Assembly: GCA_031386065.1 (NCBI GenBank) | Contig: JANNBZ010000184.1 | Coordinates: 1,155 to 65,154, forward strand | DNA from: Burkholderiales bacterium | GTDB taxonomy: Bacteria > Pseudomonadota > Gammaproteobacteria > Burkholderiales > Burkholderiaceae_C | Length of the DNA: 64,000 bases | Direction: 5' to 3' | Shown: positions 21,718-30,217 of the stretch, piece after piece | Layout of the letters: each line of letters opens with the position of its first letter | Numbering within the stretch: the first letter of the stretch is position 1 | Translations under genes and position numbers: made by a program | Notes under the pieces: generated by a model | Seen by the model: only the letters and a program-made list of their open reading frames with translations | Databases searched by the model: none | Told to the model about the DNA's origin: nothing

Positions 21718-23508
21718 TTATTGAGCACAGTTTGGCCGCGTGCATTGAAGGGTGCACTTTCGTACGTCATTTATGGTGATCCTTCCGTCGCCGTCTGCGT
21801 CACGCGGATCGTTGGCGACCGGGATTTGCCCAATGCCAGCGCGGACAAGAGCGATATCTAGAGAGTCCACATCACCATCACCATCGATATTGCAAGTGAT
21901 CGCCGCCTTGCTACTGACTGTCAGGTCGAACAATAGAGGCGACTGGCCGTCCGTGGTCGCGTTCAAGCGAGTCAAAATCTGAATGAAGCGTCCTGAGGCT
22001 GCAAAGTCGACACCTTTACTCACGGTTTGATAGCTTTGAAGGGGCAAAGATGCTTGCGTGTCGGCAGCACGAACCTGAACGATAACTGTTGCACCCTGCG
22101 GAACAAGGTCGTTCCAGTTGACCTTCCCCCATGCTGTTCCGTTAGCGCCTCCGTCTAGGCTCGCGGTCCACGTACCAGTGTTGTTGGTCGCGTTGCGCGC
22201 TGCGAACCCAGCAGCATCGCTGTAAGTGTATGGCATATTACCGACTGGGAATACACCGAGCGGCGATCCGTCCGAACCTCTGTACTTTTGCATGCGTCCA
22301 GCGCTAGCGAATCCGATCTGCCAAACATCGTTATTCGAATCGACTTGTATTCCGATTGCGCTTGTGCCGCCAGCCTGGAGCGGAGCTTGCCACAAGAGTG
22401 TCCCGGTTGGACTGACTTTGCGGATACTTGACTGCCCGCCGATAATGTTTCCGGAACCATCAACCACGATACCCGAAGTCCCCACATTTAAATTGACAAT
22501 TGGGCTGAATGTGTTAGTTACCGGATCGAATTCGATATTTGCAGAGCCAAGATAAACTTTATTATTACCGAGGGCAATTCCGTAGTTGAAACTGCTATTG
22601 TATGCCGAAACAATGTATGGGCCGGTATTGCTTGCTGTATTCGTGATCTTTCCCAAGGTCCCACCGAGGGATGCACTCCATAAGACGCCTTTATTATCAA
22701 TTAAACAGCCGTAAGGCGTCCATTGGTTTCCGGGCTGCCCGGCGGAAGGCGTAGTGCTGATGGGGCCTGCAATTTGACTGCCGTCGGCCGCACTGATCTT
22801 GTAGTATGTCCGCTCGTTGTACATGCCTACCCATAGATTACCATCAGTTCCGACGCAGAGCGAACGACCTAAACCGTTCTGTGATCCAACTTCGGCTACC
22901 CATGCGATACGTTCGTCAGTTATTTCATTTGCATCGATTTTTCCATTACCGTTAAGGTCTGCCATCGGCTTGATTTCGCCCGCGTCAATTACGCCGTTTC
23001 CATTCGTATCTTCAGACGTGTCCATGACGCCATTTCCGTTGCGATCAATGAAGCCCTCGGTGAGAACTTTGATCAGCACAGGTTTTACATTAGCGAACCA
23101 GCGATTCAAAATGTACGCGTTGCCCTGGATATCGACTGCAGTACGTGATGGCGCCGGCCCGGCGTAGGCGTTGTTCAAGTGATTCACATACCCGGCTTGA
23201 CCGCTCGGCCCGAACCAGGTGCGATACCGCGCGAGTTCCTTGTTGTTGACAGTATCGAACTTGGATAGTGAGTCTTCGCCGGCGTTGGCAATCCACATCA
23301 CTGGAAAGGTGGTCCCAATAGTATTGAGTTGCAATTGGTTGTGAACGGTATCGAAGTTCACGCCGGAAAGAGCTCCGAGAGCGAAGTCGGCATCGAGCGT
23401 GTATGTCTTCGATGCTGCGAGCGTAGCGGTGGGTATCACAGCGGCGACCGAAGCGAGCGCTAAAAGGCTGTTTTGGCTTACTTTCGACAGATTCCAGGTG
23501 CTTGCCAT
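21718..23508 (-). CDS. secreted beta-propeller-like protein with internal Ca-loop triplet and C-terminal dockerin-like module
   Basis: Signal peptide; repeated ...DGNLWV/...GVLWSA/...NDVWQ strand motifs; DRNGNGVMD, DTNGNGVID and DLNGNGKID. C-terminus is DGDGDVDSLDIALVRAGIG...DADGDGRITINDVRKC, i.e. two EF-hand-like dockerin repeats. Confidence 0.65.
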   Translation of the reverse strand: MASTWNLSKVSQNSLLALASVAAVIPTATLAASKTYTLDADFALGALSGVNFDTVHNQLQLNTIGTTFPVMWIANAGEDSLSKFDTVNNKELARYRTWFGPSGQAGYVNHLNNAYAGPAPSRTAVDIQGNAYILNRWFANVKPVLIKVLTEGFIDRNGNGVMDTSEDTNGNGVIDAGEIKPMADLNGNGKIDANEITDERIAWVAEVGSQNGLGRSLCVGTDGNLWVGMYNERTYYKISAADGSQIAGPISTTPSAGQPGNQWTPYGCLIDNKGVLWSASLGGTLGKITNTASNTGPYIVSAYNSSFNYGIALGNNKVYLGSANIEFDPVTNTFSPIVNLNVGTSGIVVDGSGNIIGGQSSIRKVSPTGTLLWQAPLQAGGTSAIGIQVDSNNDVWQIGFASAGRMQKYRGSDGSPLGVFPVGNMPYTYSDAAGFAARNATNNTGTWTASLDGGANGTAWGKVNWNDLVPQGATVIVQVRAADTQASLPLQSYQTVSKGVDFAASGRFIQILTRLNATTDGQSPLLFDLTVSSKAAITCNIDGDGDVDSLDIALVRAGIGQIPVANDPRDADGDGRITINDVRKCTLQCTRPNCAQ

Positions 23509-23568
23509 GATGTTGACTCCGTAATAGTCGCGCCACCCGGGCGCCGGTTGCTGGTCGAGCCGAACGAA

Positions 23569-24618
23569 CTAACGCTTCGCGAGGGGTCGCGATGCCGGCT
23601 CCATGTCGTGCGAGGTATTGCTGCTTATGCGGGCGGTTTCGCCGCTGGAAATATAGACCCGGAATAGCTGCGAGGTTCCGGTCTGTAAACTGTCGAACAC
23701 GATACTTTTGCCGTCTGCCGACCACTGCGGGTCAAATTCCTCATAGGGAGTTCTTGTCAGATTTCGGATATTGCTTCCGTCGACGGCGATCAAAAATATA
23801 TCGTTACGAGACCGCAGAGGGTCGTCGCGGTTACTGGCAGCGACGATTTGTTTGCCGTCGGGCGACCAGCGAGGCGACTCATACGAGGCCGCCTCGTCCA
23901 ACGTCAGGATTTGCGACTCACCAGTCTCGACGTTCGCAAGGACAACAGGTTTGGTCACCCGCAGGTCAGCCACGTATGCGACGCGTTTGCCATCGGGCGA
24001 AATCGATGCCCACGCCTTGTCGCGGGCAGCGAACTTTCCGCTGATGTCGTGCAGAGCGCTGCCATCGCGATTGACGACCCATACCTGGGCTTTGTCTTTG
24101 TCGTCGCGTCCCATGAATGCAAGGCGACTTCCGTCGGCAGACCAAGCTGGCGGTTGCGTTCCTTTGTCCTTGCCGTTGCCAACCACGGAAACACTCTTTC
24201 CACTTGCTATTTCCGTGATGCGCATTTCCATTGCGCCCGATTCGATCACAGTCGAAAAGAACGCTACCGATTTGCCATCAGGCGACCACGAGGCAGAGCC
24301 TTCAATGCGATCATCCTGTGTCAAACGCCGCTGACCGCTTCCATCGTCATTCATAAGATAGATGCGCGGCAGCCCATTGCGCGACGAGGTGAAGGCCAGT
24401 CGTCCATCGACGGACCACGCTGGCTGCGTGTTAATGCTCTTGCCTTGCGTAAGTACGCGGTCGACGCCATCACGGTTGGAATAGATGTGCGCATCTCCGC
24501 TTCGTATCGAAACGAAAACTATGTCCGCTGCGGAGGCCGAAAGGGTATTGTCTGCACGAATCCCCTGCATCGCAAATGCAGCGCAAGCTACGAAGGCTGA
24601 GGCAATAATACGGGTCAT
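23569..24618 (-). CDS. TolB-like PD40/WD40-like beta-propeller repeat protein (secreted)
   Basis: Signal peptide MTRIIASAFVACAAFA. Repeated WSPDGK/WSADG/SPDGKRVAY PD40 motifs. ATG 24618 preferred over GTG 24630. Confidence 0.75.
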   Translation of the reverse strand: MTRIIASAFVACAAFAMQGIRADNTLSASAADIVFVSIRSGDAHIYSNRDGVDRVLTQGKSINTQPAWSVDGRLAFTSSRNGLPRIYLMNDDGSGQRRLTQDDRIEGSASWSPDGKSVAFFSTVIESGAMEMRITEIASGKSVSVVGNGKDKGTQPPAWSADGSRLAFMGRDDKDKAQVWVVNRDGSALHDISGKFAARDKAWASISPDGKRVAYVADLRVTKPVVLANVETGESQILTLDEAASYESPRWSPDGKQIVAASNRDDPLRSRNDIFLIAVDGSNIRNLTRTPYEEFDPQWSADGKSIVFDSLQTGTSQLFRVYISSGETARISSNTSHDMEPASRPLAKR

Positions 24619-24629
24619 GGCGGTTTGCA

Positions 24630-24986
24630 CTAAGGCACCGAATTGATATTCACCATAGACAATTCCTTGCCGGAGCTGTCGAGAATTCTCAGTTGGTATA
24701 TGCCGGGTGAGTTTGACTTGAGCTTGTACTTAAGTGTGCCGTCGCTGGAAACCATGACTCCATAGTGCGCCTCGGCCCCCTGAGGCGTGGTCACTGCGAC
24801 GGTGACTGACGTGTTGGGCGTCAACCCGGTGGCTTTAAAAACTCCTGCTGACGCGACAGTTAGGATTGATGGCCCCGAAAGCGACGGATTGCCAGCCATT
24901 GCCTGAGGGACGAGCATTGCCGATGCAACCAGCGCCAAGAGACGTGACGCGATGCCAATGGCGGTTTTTGAGTAGAAGTTGAACAT
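24630..24986 (-). CDS. small secreted protein, probably Ig-like beta-sandwich (hypothetical)
   Basis: 118 aa. Signal peptide ending QAMA-G, beta-rich T/V/S sequence, AGGAGA RBS 6-7 nt upstream of the ATG. No family recognised. Confidence 0.5.
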   Translation of the reverse strand: MFNFYSKTAIGIASRLLALVASAMLVPQAMAGNPSLSGPSILTVASAGVFKATGLTPNTSVTVAVTTPQGAEAHYGVMVSSDGTLKYKLKSNSPGIYQLRILDSSGKELSMVNINSVP

Positions 24987-25323
24987 GCCGTCTCTCCTAG
25001 GTCAGGGGGTAGGTCTGCGCCAGCGACGTTGCCGACACGTTTGGAACAAGGTGGGCCACGATGCCCGTAAGGCTGCGTTGGTCTACTTCGCTGCGGTGGC
25101 GATTGACTACGACTTCGCGCACTCGACAAACTGATTCAATGGAACAAAATGTAGATTCGTTCGCAGGTCTTGACTTGTGTTGTTCTAGGGGTTCCCCCAA
25201 AACATAGGGGGGTGATACGGGTTTGCCCCGTGTCCCAAGTGCTGCGCCGTCATCTGGCCGATGATTTATATAATTGATTGTTCGGCCCGTCGTCCGCCAC
25301 GCCGACCCCTGTTCCCGTCCCCC

Positions 25324-26880
25324 ATGAACCTGCTGCGGACCGCCTCCACCATTTCCTTGTTCACCCTCGCATCGCGCGTGTCGGGGCTGGTGCGCGACAC
25401 GCTGCTGGCCGCAGCATTCGGTGCGGGCGCCTGGATGGACGCTTACCAGGTGGCGTTTCGCATCCCTAACCTGCTGCGAAGGATGTTCGCCGAGGGCGCG
25501 TTTTCGCAGGCCTTCGTGCCCATCCTGTCCGAAACCCGGGCCCGTGAAGGTGAAGAGATCACCCGCCGCCTGATCGATGCGGTGGCCACGGTGCTGACCT
25601 GGGCGCTGTGCCTGACCTGCGTGGTGGGCATCGTGGCGGCACCTCTGATCGTCTGGTTGATGGCCTCGGGCCTGGAGCGATTCGACGCGGCAGTGTTGAT
25701 GACGCGCTGGATGCTGCCCTACATCGGCTTCATGTCCCTGGTGTCCCTGTCGTCGGCCATTCTGAACACCTGGAAGCGGTTTGCCGTGCCGGCCGCCACA
25801 CCCGTGTTGCTGAACCTGGCGGTGATCGGCGCCACCGTGTGGCTTGCGCCGACGTTCAAACGGCACGGCATCGAGCCGATCTACGCGCTGGCGGTAGGCG
25901 TGCTGATCGGCGGCGTGTTGCAGCTTGCGGTGCAGGTGCCGGCCTTGATGCGCATCGGCGGCCTGCCTCGCATCGGCATCACGCCGGCCAGCGTCGGGCG
26001 GGCCTGGAACCACCCCGGCGTGGGTCGCGTGCTGGGCAGGATGGCGCCGGCCTTGCTGGGGGTTTCGGTGGCCTACCTGTCGCAGCTGATCAACACCCAG
26101 TTGGCATCGCGCATCGGTGTCGGGGCGGTGTCGTGGCTCACCTATGCCGACCGCTTGATGGAGTTTCCGACCGGCCTGCTCGGTGTGGCGCTTGGCGTGG
26201 TCTTGCTGCCGCAATTGGCGGCGGCCAAGGCGCTGGACGATTCCGACGCGTACTCGGGTTTGATCGACTGGGGCCTGCGCCTGGTGCTGCTGCTGGCGCT
26301 GCCCTGCGCGGTGGCGCTGGTCGTGTTCCCCACGCCGATGGTGGCCACCCTGTTTCACCACGGCGCATTCACCGACACCGACGTTACGCAGACGGTTCGC
26401 GCGCTGATGGGTTACGGCGTCGGCCTGATGGGGCTGATCGGCGTCAAGATTTTGGCGCCCGCGTTTTATGCGCGACACGACATTCGCACCCCGGTCAAGG
26501 TGGCCATCGTCGTGCTGGTGCTGACGCAGTTGCTCAACGTGGTGTTCGTGCCGCGCCTGGGCCACGCGGGGCTGGCCTTGTCGATCGGCGTCGGCGCGCT
26601 GGTCAACGCGATGTGGTTGTTCATCGGCCTGCGCCGCAGCGGAACTTACCGGCCTGTCGCAGGATGGGGCCGCTTCACTTTGAAGGTGTGCGTGGCCTGC
26701 ATTGCGTTGGGCGCCGGCCTGGCCTGGGCCGCGCAAGCCGTCGACTGGCTGGCCCTGGGAAATCAAAAGTGGACCCGTGCCGGCCTGCTGGCCGCTGGCC
26801 TGGGGTCGGCTGCGTTGCTGTACCTGGGCTTGCTCGCCGCGATGGGACTGCGGCCGCGCCAGTTCATGCGCCGGGGATAA
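25324..26880 (+). CDS. murJ: lipid II flippase MurJ (MviN)
   Basis: MNLLRTASTISLFTLASRVSGLVRDTLLAAAFGAG...AFRIPNLLRRMFAEGAFSQAFVPIL is the canonical MurJ N-terminus. Polytopic membrane protein. Confidence 0.9.
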   Translation: MNLLRTASTISLFTLASRVSGLVRDTLLAAAFGAGAWMDAYQVAFRIPNLLRRMFAEGAFSQAFVPILSETRAREGEEITRRLIDAVATVLTWALCLTCVVGIVAAPLIVWLMASGLERFDAAVLMTRWMLPYIGFMSLVSLSSAILNTWKRFAVPAATPVLLNLAVIGATVWLAPTFKRHGIEPIYALAVGVLIGGVLQLAVQVPALMRIGGLPRIGITPASVGRAWNHPGVGRVLGRMAPALLGVSVAYLSQLINTQLASRIGVGAVSWLTYADRLMEFPTGLLGVALGVVLLPQLAAAKALDDSDAYSGLIDWGLRLVLLLALPCAVALVVFPTPMVATLFHHGAFTDTDVTQTVRALMGYGVGLMGLIGVKILAPAFYARHDIRTPVKVAIVVLVLTQLLNVVFVPRLGHAGLALSIGVGALVNAMWLFIGLRRSGTYRPVAGWGRFTLKVCVACIALGAGLAWAAQAVDWLALGNQKWTRAGLLAAGLGSAALLYLGLLAAMGLRPRQFMRRG

Positions 26881-26889
26881 ACTTTGGCG

Positions 26890-27762
26890 ATGTCCGGCTC
26901 CTTCCCGTTCACCGCCCCCACGCCGCTGGCGTTCTTCGCGTCGCTGGTGGCCGACGACGCCAACCTGCTGCTCATTGAGGCGGCCGCGTCGATTGCCCAG
27001 GATGACCAGCCCGCGCTGGACCTGCAGACCGTGCTGGCCGAGTTCGACCTGCTGGCCGATAAACTGAAGCGGCGGGTTCCTGCGGACGCGGTTCCGGTGC
27101 AGCGCCTGCGCCTGCTGAACCGATATTTCTTCCAGGAACTGGGCTTTGCCGGCAACGTCAACAACTACTACGACCCGCACAATAGCTACCTGCACAGCGT
27201 GCTGAAAACGCGGCGCGGCATCCCGATCACGTTGGCGCTGGTGTACATCGAACTGGCTTGCCAGATCGGCCTGAAGGCCAGCGGGGTCTCGTTCCCCGGG
27301 CACTTTTTGATCAAGCTGCGAATGCCCACCGGCGATCGGCTCGGCGATGTGGTGCTGGACCCGTTCACCGGGCAGTCCCTGTCGCGCGAGGCGCTCGACG
27401 GCATGCTGCAGCCGTATCGCCGCCAGCGCGGGCTGCTGGGCGATTTCGAAACGCCGCTAGGTCTGTTTTTGCAGACCACCTCGCCACGCGAGGTGCTGGC
27501 CCGCATGCTGCGCAACTTGAAAGAGATTCACCGCAGCGCGCAAGACTGGCCGCGCGCGCTGAAGGTCATGGAGCGGCTCGTGGTGTTGCTGCAGGCCTGG
27601 GAAGAGCAGCGTGACCGCGGCCTGGCGCACGCCCGGCTCGGGGCGCTCGATGCCGCCGCGCGCGACTTCTCGGCCTACCTGCAGCATGCCGGCGACGCCG
27701 CCGACCGCGGAGACGTGGCTGCGCGGCTCGCCCATCTTTCGCGGCCGCCCCGGCTGCACTGA
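26890..27762 (+). CDS. SirB1/YchA-like protein (transglutaminase-like N-domain + TPR-like C-domain)
   Basis: YYDPHNSYLHSVLKTRRGIPITLALVYIELACQIGL...FPGHFLIK is typical of the SirB1 family. Confidence 0.7.
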   Translation: MSGSFPFTAPTPLAFFASLVADDANLLLIEAAASIAQDDQPALDLQTVLAEFDLLADKLKRRVPADAVPVQRLRLLNRYFFQELGFAGNVNNYYDPHNSYLHSVLKTRRGIPITLALVYIELACQIGLKASGVSFPGHFLIKLRMPTGDRLGDVVLDPFTGQSLSREALDGMLQPYRRQRGLLGDFETPLGLFLQTTSPREVLARMLRNLKEIHRSAQDWPRALKVMERLVVLLQAWEEQRDRGLAHARLGALDAAARDFSAYLQHAGDAADRGDVAARLAHLSRPPRLH

Positions 27763-27788
27763 CCCATCACCGTGGCGACACCTCCCGC

Positions 27789-28850
27789 ATGACCATGACC
27801 ACCGCGCAACGTCAGGCCGGCAGCTGGCTTGCCATCAGCCTGATCGCCGGCCTGCTGATCTGGCTGCTGGCGCCGGTGCTCACGCCGTTTCTCATCGCCG
27901 GTGTGCTCGGCTACGTGCTGCACCCGTTGGTCGAAAGGCTCGCGTCGAAGCGGGTGCCGCGGGTCGTTGCGGTGTCGCTGGTCGAAGTGACGGCCATCGT
28001 GCTGGTGCTGGCGGTGATGTTGCTGATCGTGCCCATCCTGTCGAAGCAGTTGCCGCTGCTGCGCGAACAGATCCCGCTCTTCGCCGAGCGCCTGAACGCA
28101 GGCCTGTCGCCGCTGCTGGCGCGCTTCGGCTTAGACGTGACGCTCGACACCGCGAGCATCAAGGCCTTCGTGCTCAAGTACCTCGACGCCAACCTCGAAG
28201 AGTGGATCGCCACCGCGCTCAGCTCGGCGCGCATCGGCGGCAGCATTCTGCTGGCGGTGGTGGGCAACGCGCTGCTCGTGCCGGTGGTGCTGTTCTACCT
28301 GCTGATGGACTGGCCGAACCTGGTGCGCCGCGCTGCGGCGATGGTGCCGCCGCGCATGCGCACGAAGGCGCACAGCTTCACCGTGGATTGCGACGCCGTC
28401 CTCGGCCAGTACCTGCGCGGGCAGTTGATGCTGATGCTGACGCTGGCGGTGTTCTACAGCGTCGGCCTGTTCCTGTTCGGCTTCGACCTGGCGGTGCCGG
28501 TGGGCGTGTTCACCGGGCTGGCCGTGTTCATCCCGTACCTCGGTTTCGGCCTGGGCCTGGTGCTGGCGCTGATCTCCGGCGTGTTGCAGTTCGCCGGCTG
28601 GCACGGCGTGGTCGGCGTCGCGGTGGTGTACGGCATCGGGCAGGTGCTGGAGAGCATGGTTCTCACCCCGCGCCTGGTCGGTGACCGCATCGGCATGAGT
28701 TCGCTCACGGTGATCTTTGCGCTGCTGGCGTTCGGGCACTTGCTGGGCTTTGTCGGCGTGCTGATCGCGCTGCCGGTGAGTGCAGTGATGGTGGTGGCGG
28801 TGCGGCGGCTGCGCGGCGTTTACCTGGCGAGCGACCTGTTTCGCGGATGA
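27789..28850 (+). CDS. AI-2E family transporter (PerM/YhhT-like permease)
   Basis: 353 aa polytopic membrane protein with AI-2E-like layout (FIPYLGFGLG...VVYGIGQVLESMVLTPRLVGDRIGMS). Confidence 0.85.
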   Translation: MTMTTAQRQAGSWLAISLIAGLLIWLLAPVLTPFLIAGVLGYVLHPLVERLASKRVPRVVAVSLVEVTAIVLVLAVMLLIVPILSKQLPLLREQIPLFAERLNAGLSPLLARFGLDVTLDTASIKAFVLKYLDANLEEWIATALSSARIGGSILLAVVGNALLVPVVLFYLLMDWPNLVRRAAAMVPPRMRTKAHSFTVDCDAVLGQYLRGQLMLMLTLAVFYSVGLFLFGFDLAVPVGVFTGLAVFIPYLGFGLGLVLALISGVLQFAGWHGVVGVAVVYGIGQVLESMVLTPRLVGDRIGMSSLTVIFALLAFGHLLGFVGVLIALPVSAVMVVAVRRLRGVYLASDLFRG

Positions 28851-29518
28851 AGCAGATCCCGCTGCCCATCACCGAGGAAGCTGCACGAACGTTCGACACC
28901 TTCCTGCCCGGCGCGAACGCGTTGGCGGTGGCCCACCTGCAGGCCTTGTCGGCACCGGCCGCGCCGGTGTACCTGTGGGGCGCCAGCGGCAGCGGAAAGA
29001 CGCACCTGCTGCAAGCCACGGTGGGGCGCTTCCAGGCGCAGGGCTTGCAGGCCAGCTGGTTCAGTGCAGCCGAGCCGGCGCCCTGGCCCTTCGACGAGTC
29101 GCGCGCACTGATCGTGATCGACGACTGCCACGCGCTCGATGCCGAGCAGCAGCACGCCGCGTTCGCGCTGTTCGTCGAGAGCGCCACCCACGGTGTGCCG
29201 GTGCTCGCCGCAGGCCGCCTGCCGCCGGTCGACCTGGGTGTACGCGAAGACCTGCGCACGCGCCTGGGCTGGGGCCATGTGTTTGCGCTTCAGCCGCTGG
29301 GCGAGGCCGAGGTGCGTGCCCGCCTGCGCCGCGCCGCCGACCAGAGCGGGCTGTTCCTGTCCGACGAGGTGATGGACTACGTGCTGGTGCGCTTCGAGCG
29401 CGACCTGAAGCACCTGATGGGCTTGCTCGCGCGGCTCGACCGTTTTGCAATGACCACACAGCGGCCGATCACCGTACCCATGCTCAAGCAGATGCTGGCC
29501 GAGGAGGGCGCTGAGTGA
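28847..29518 (+). CDS. hda: DnaA regulatory inactivator Hda
   Basis: Truncated DnaA-AAA+ pattern: LWGASGSGKTHLLQA, DDCHAL, RLGWGHVFALQPL. ATGA overlap with the upstream stop. Confidence 0.85.
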   Translation: MKQIPLPITEEAARTFDTFLPGANALAVAHLQALSAPAAPVYLWGASGSGKTHLLQATVGRFQAQGLQASWFSAAEPAPWPFDESRALIVIDDCHALDAEQQHAAFALFVESATHGVPVLAAGRLPPVDLGVREDLRTRLGWGHVFALQPLGEAEVRARLRRAADQSGLFLSDEVMDYVLVRFERDLKHLMGLLARLDRFAMTTQRPITVPMLKQMLAEEGAE

Positions 29519-30207
29519 GCCACCCCGCCCGCCCGCCAACCAACCTGTGCCTGTTCGACCTCGACGACACCTTGCTGCCGTTCGACTCCGACCACGCCTG
29601 GGGCGAGTTCCTCATTGCGCAGGGCTGGGTCGATGTGGCGGCGTTCCGGCTCGGCAACGACGCGTTCTATGCGCAGTACAAGGCGGGGCAACTCGACATT
29701 CACGCCTACATCGCGTTCGCCGCCGAGCCGCTGCGCCAACGCAGCGCCGCCGAACTCGACGCCGCCCACGCGCGTTTCATGCGCGATGTCATCCTGCCCG
29801 GCATACGGCCAGCGGCGCTGCAGCTCGTGCAACAGCACCAGTCGCAGGGTGACCTGGTGGCGCTCGTGACCGCCACGAACGACTTCATCACTGCGCCCAT
29901 CGCCCGTGCCTTCGGCATTGGCGACTTGCTGGCGGTGCGGCTGGCCCGAACGCCCGGGGGTACCATCACGGGTGGTATTGACGGTACGCCCAGCTACCGC
30001 GCCGGCAAGGTCGTGCGGGTGCATGAATGGCTTGCGGCGCGCGGCGAAGCGCTCGAAGGGTTCGAGCGCATCACCGTCTACAGCGACTCCGTGAACGACC
30101 TGCCGCTGCTGGAACTGGCGACCGACCCGGCCGCCACCAACCCGACGCCGGCGCTTGCCGCGATTGCCCGCGAGCGCGGGTGGCGCATCCTCCAATTGTT
30201 CGAATGA
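29515..30207 (+). CDS. HAD-IB family hydrolase
   Basis: LFDLDDTLL (motif I), VTATNDF, YSDSVNDLPLL. GTG start in a GTGA overlap with the hda stop. Confidence 0.8.
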   Translation: MSHPARPPTNLCLFDLDDTLLPFDSDHAWGEFLIAQGWVDVAAFRLGNDAFYAQYKAGQLDIHAYIAFAAEPLRQRSAAELDAAHARFMRDVILPGIRPAALQLVQQHQSQGDLVALVTATNDFITAPIARAFGIGDLLAVRLARTPGGTITGGIDGTPSYRAGKVVRVHEWLAARGEALEGFERITVYSDSVNDLPLLELATDPAATNPTPALAAIARERGWRILQLFE

Positions 30208-30217
30208 AGCCGAGCGA

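Larger units (their letters stand above)
20950..25260. other. AT-richer inserted block (four-gene secreted-protein operon) between rpsT and murJ
   Basis: Spot counts on 60-nt lines inside give about 40-58% G+C against about 65-70% in the flanks. All four genes are on the minus strand with short gaps. No integrase, tRNA or flanking direct repeats seen. Confidence 0.7.

Noticed and set aside
24997-27303. 768-aa ORF on the minus strand
   Set aside because: It is antisense to murJ and the SirB1-like gene. The translation is Arg/Gln/His/Gly-rich with no motifs, a high-GC artefact.
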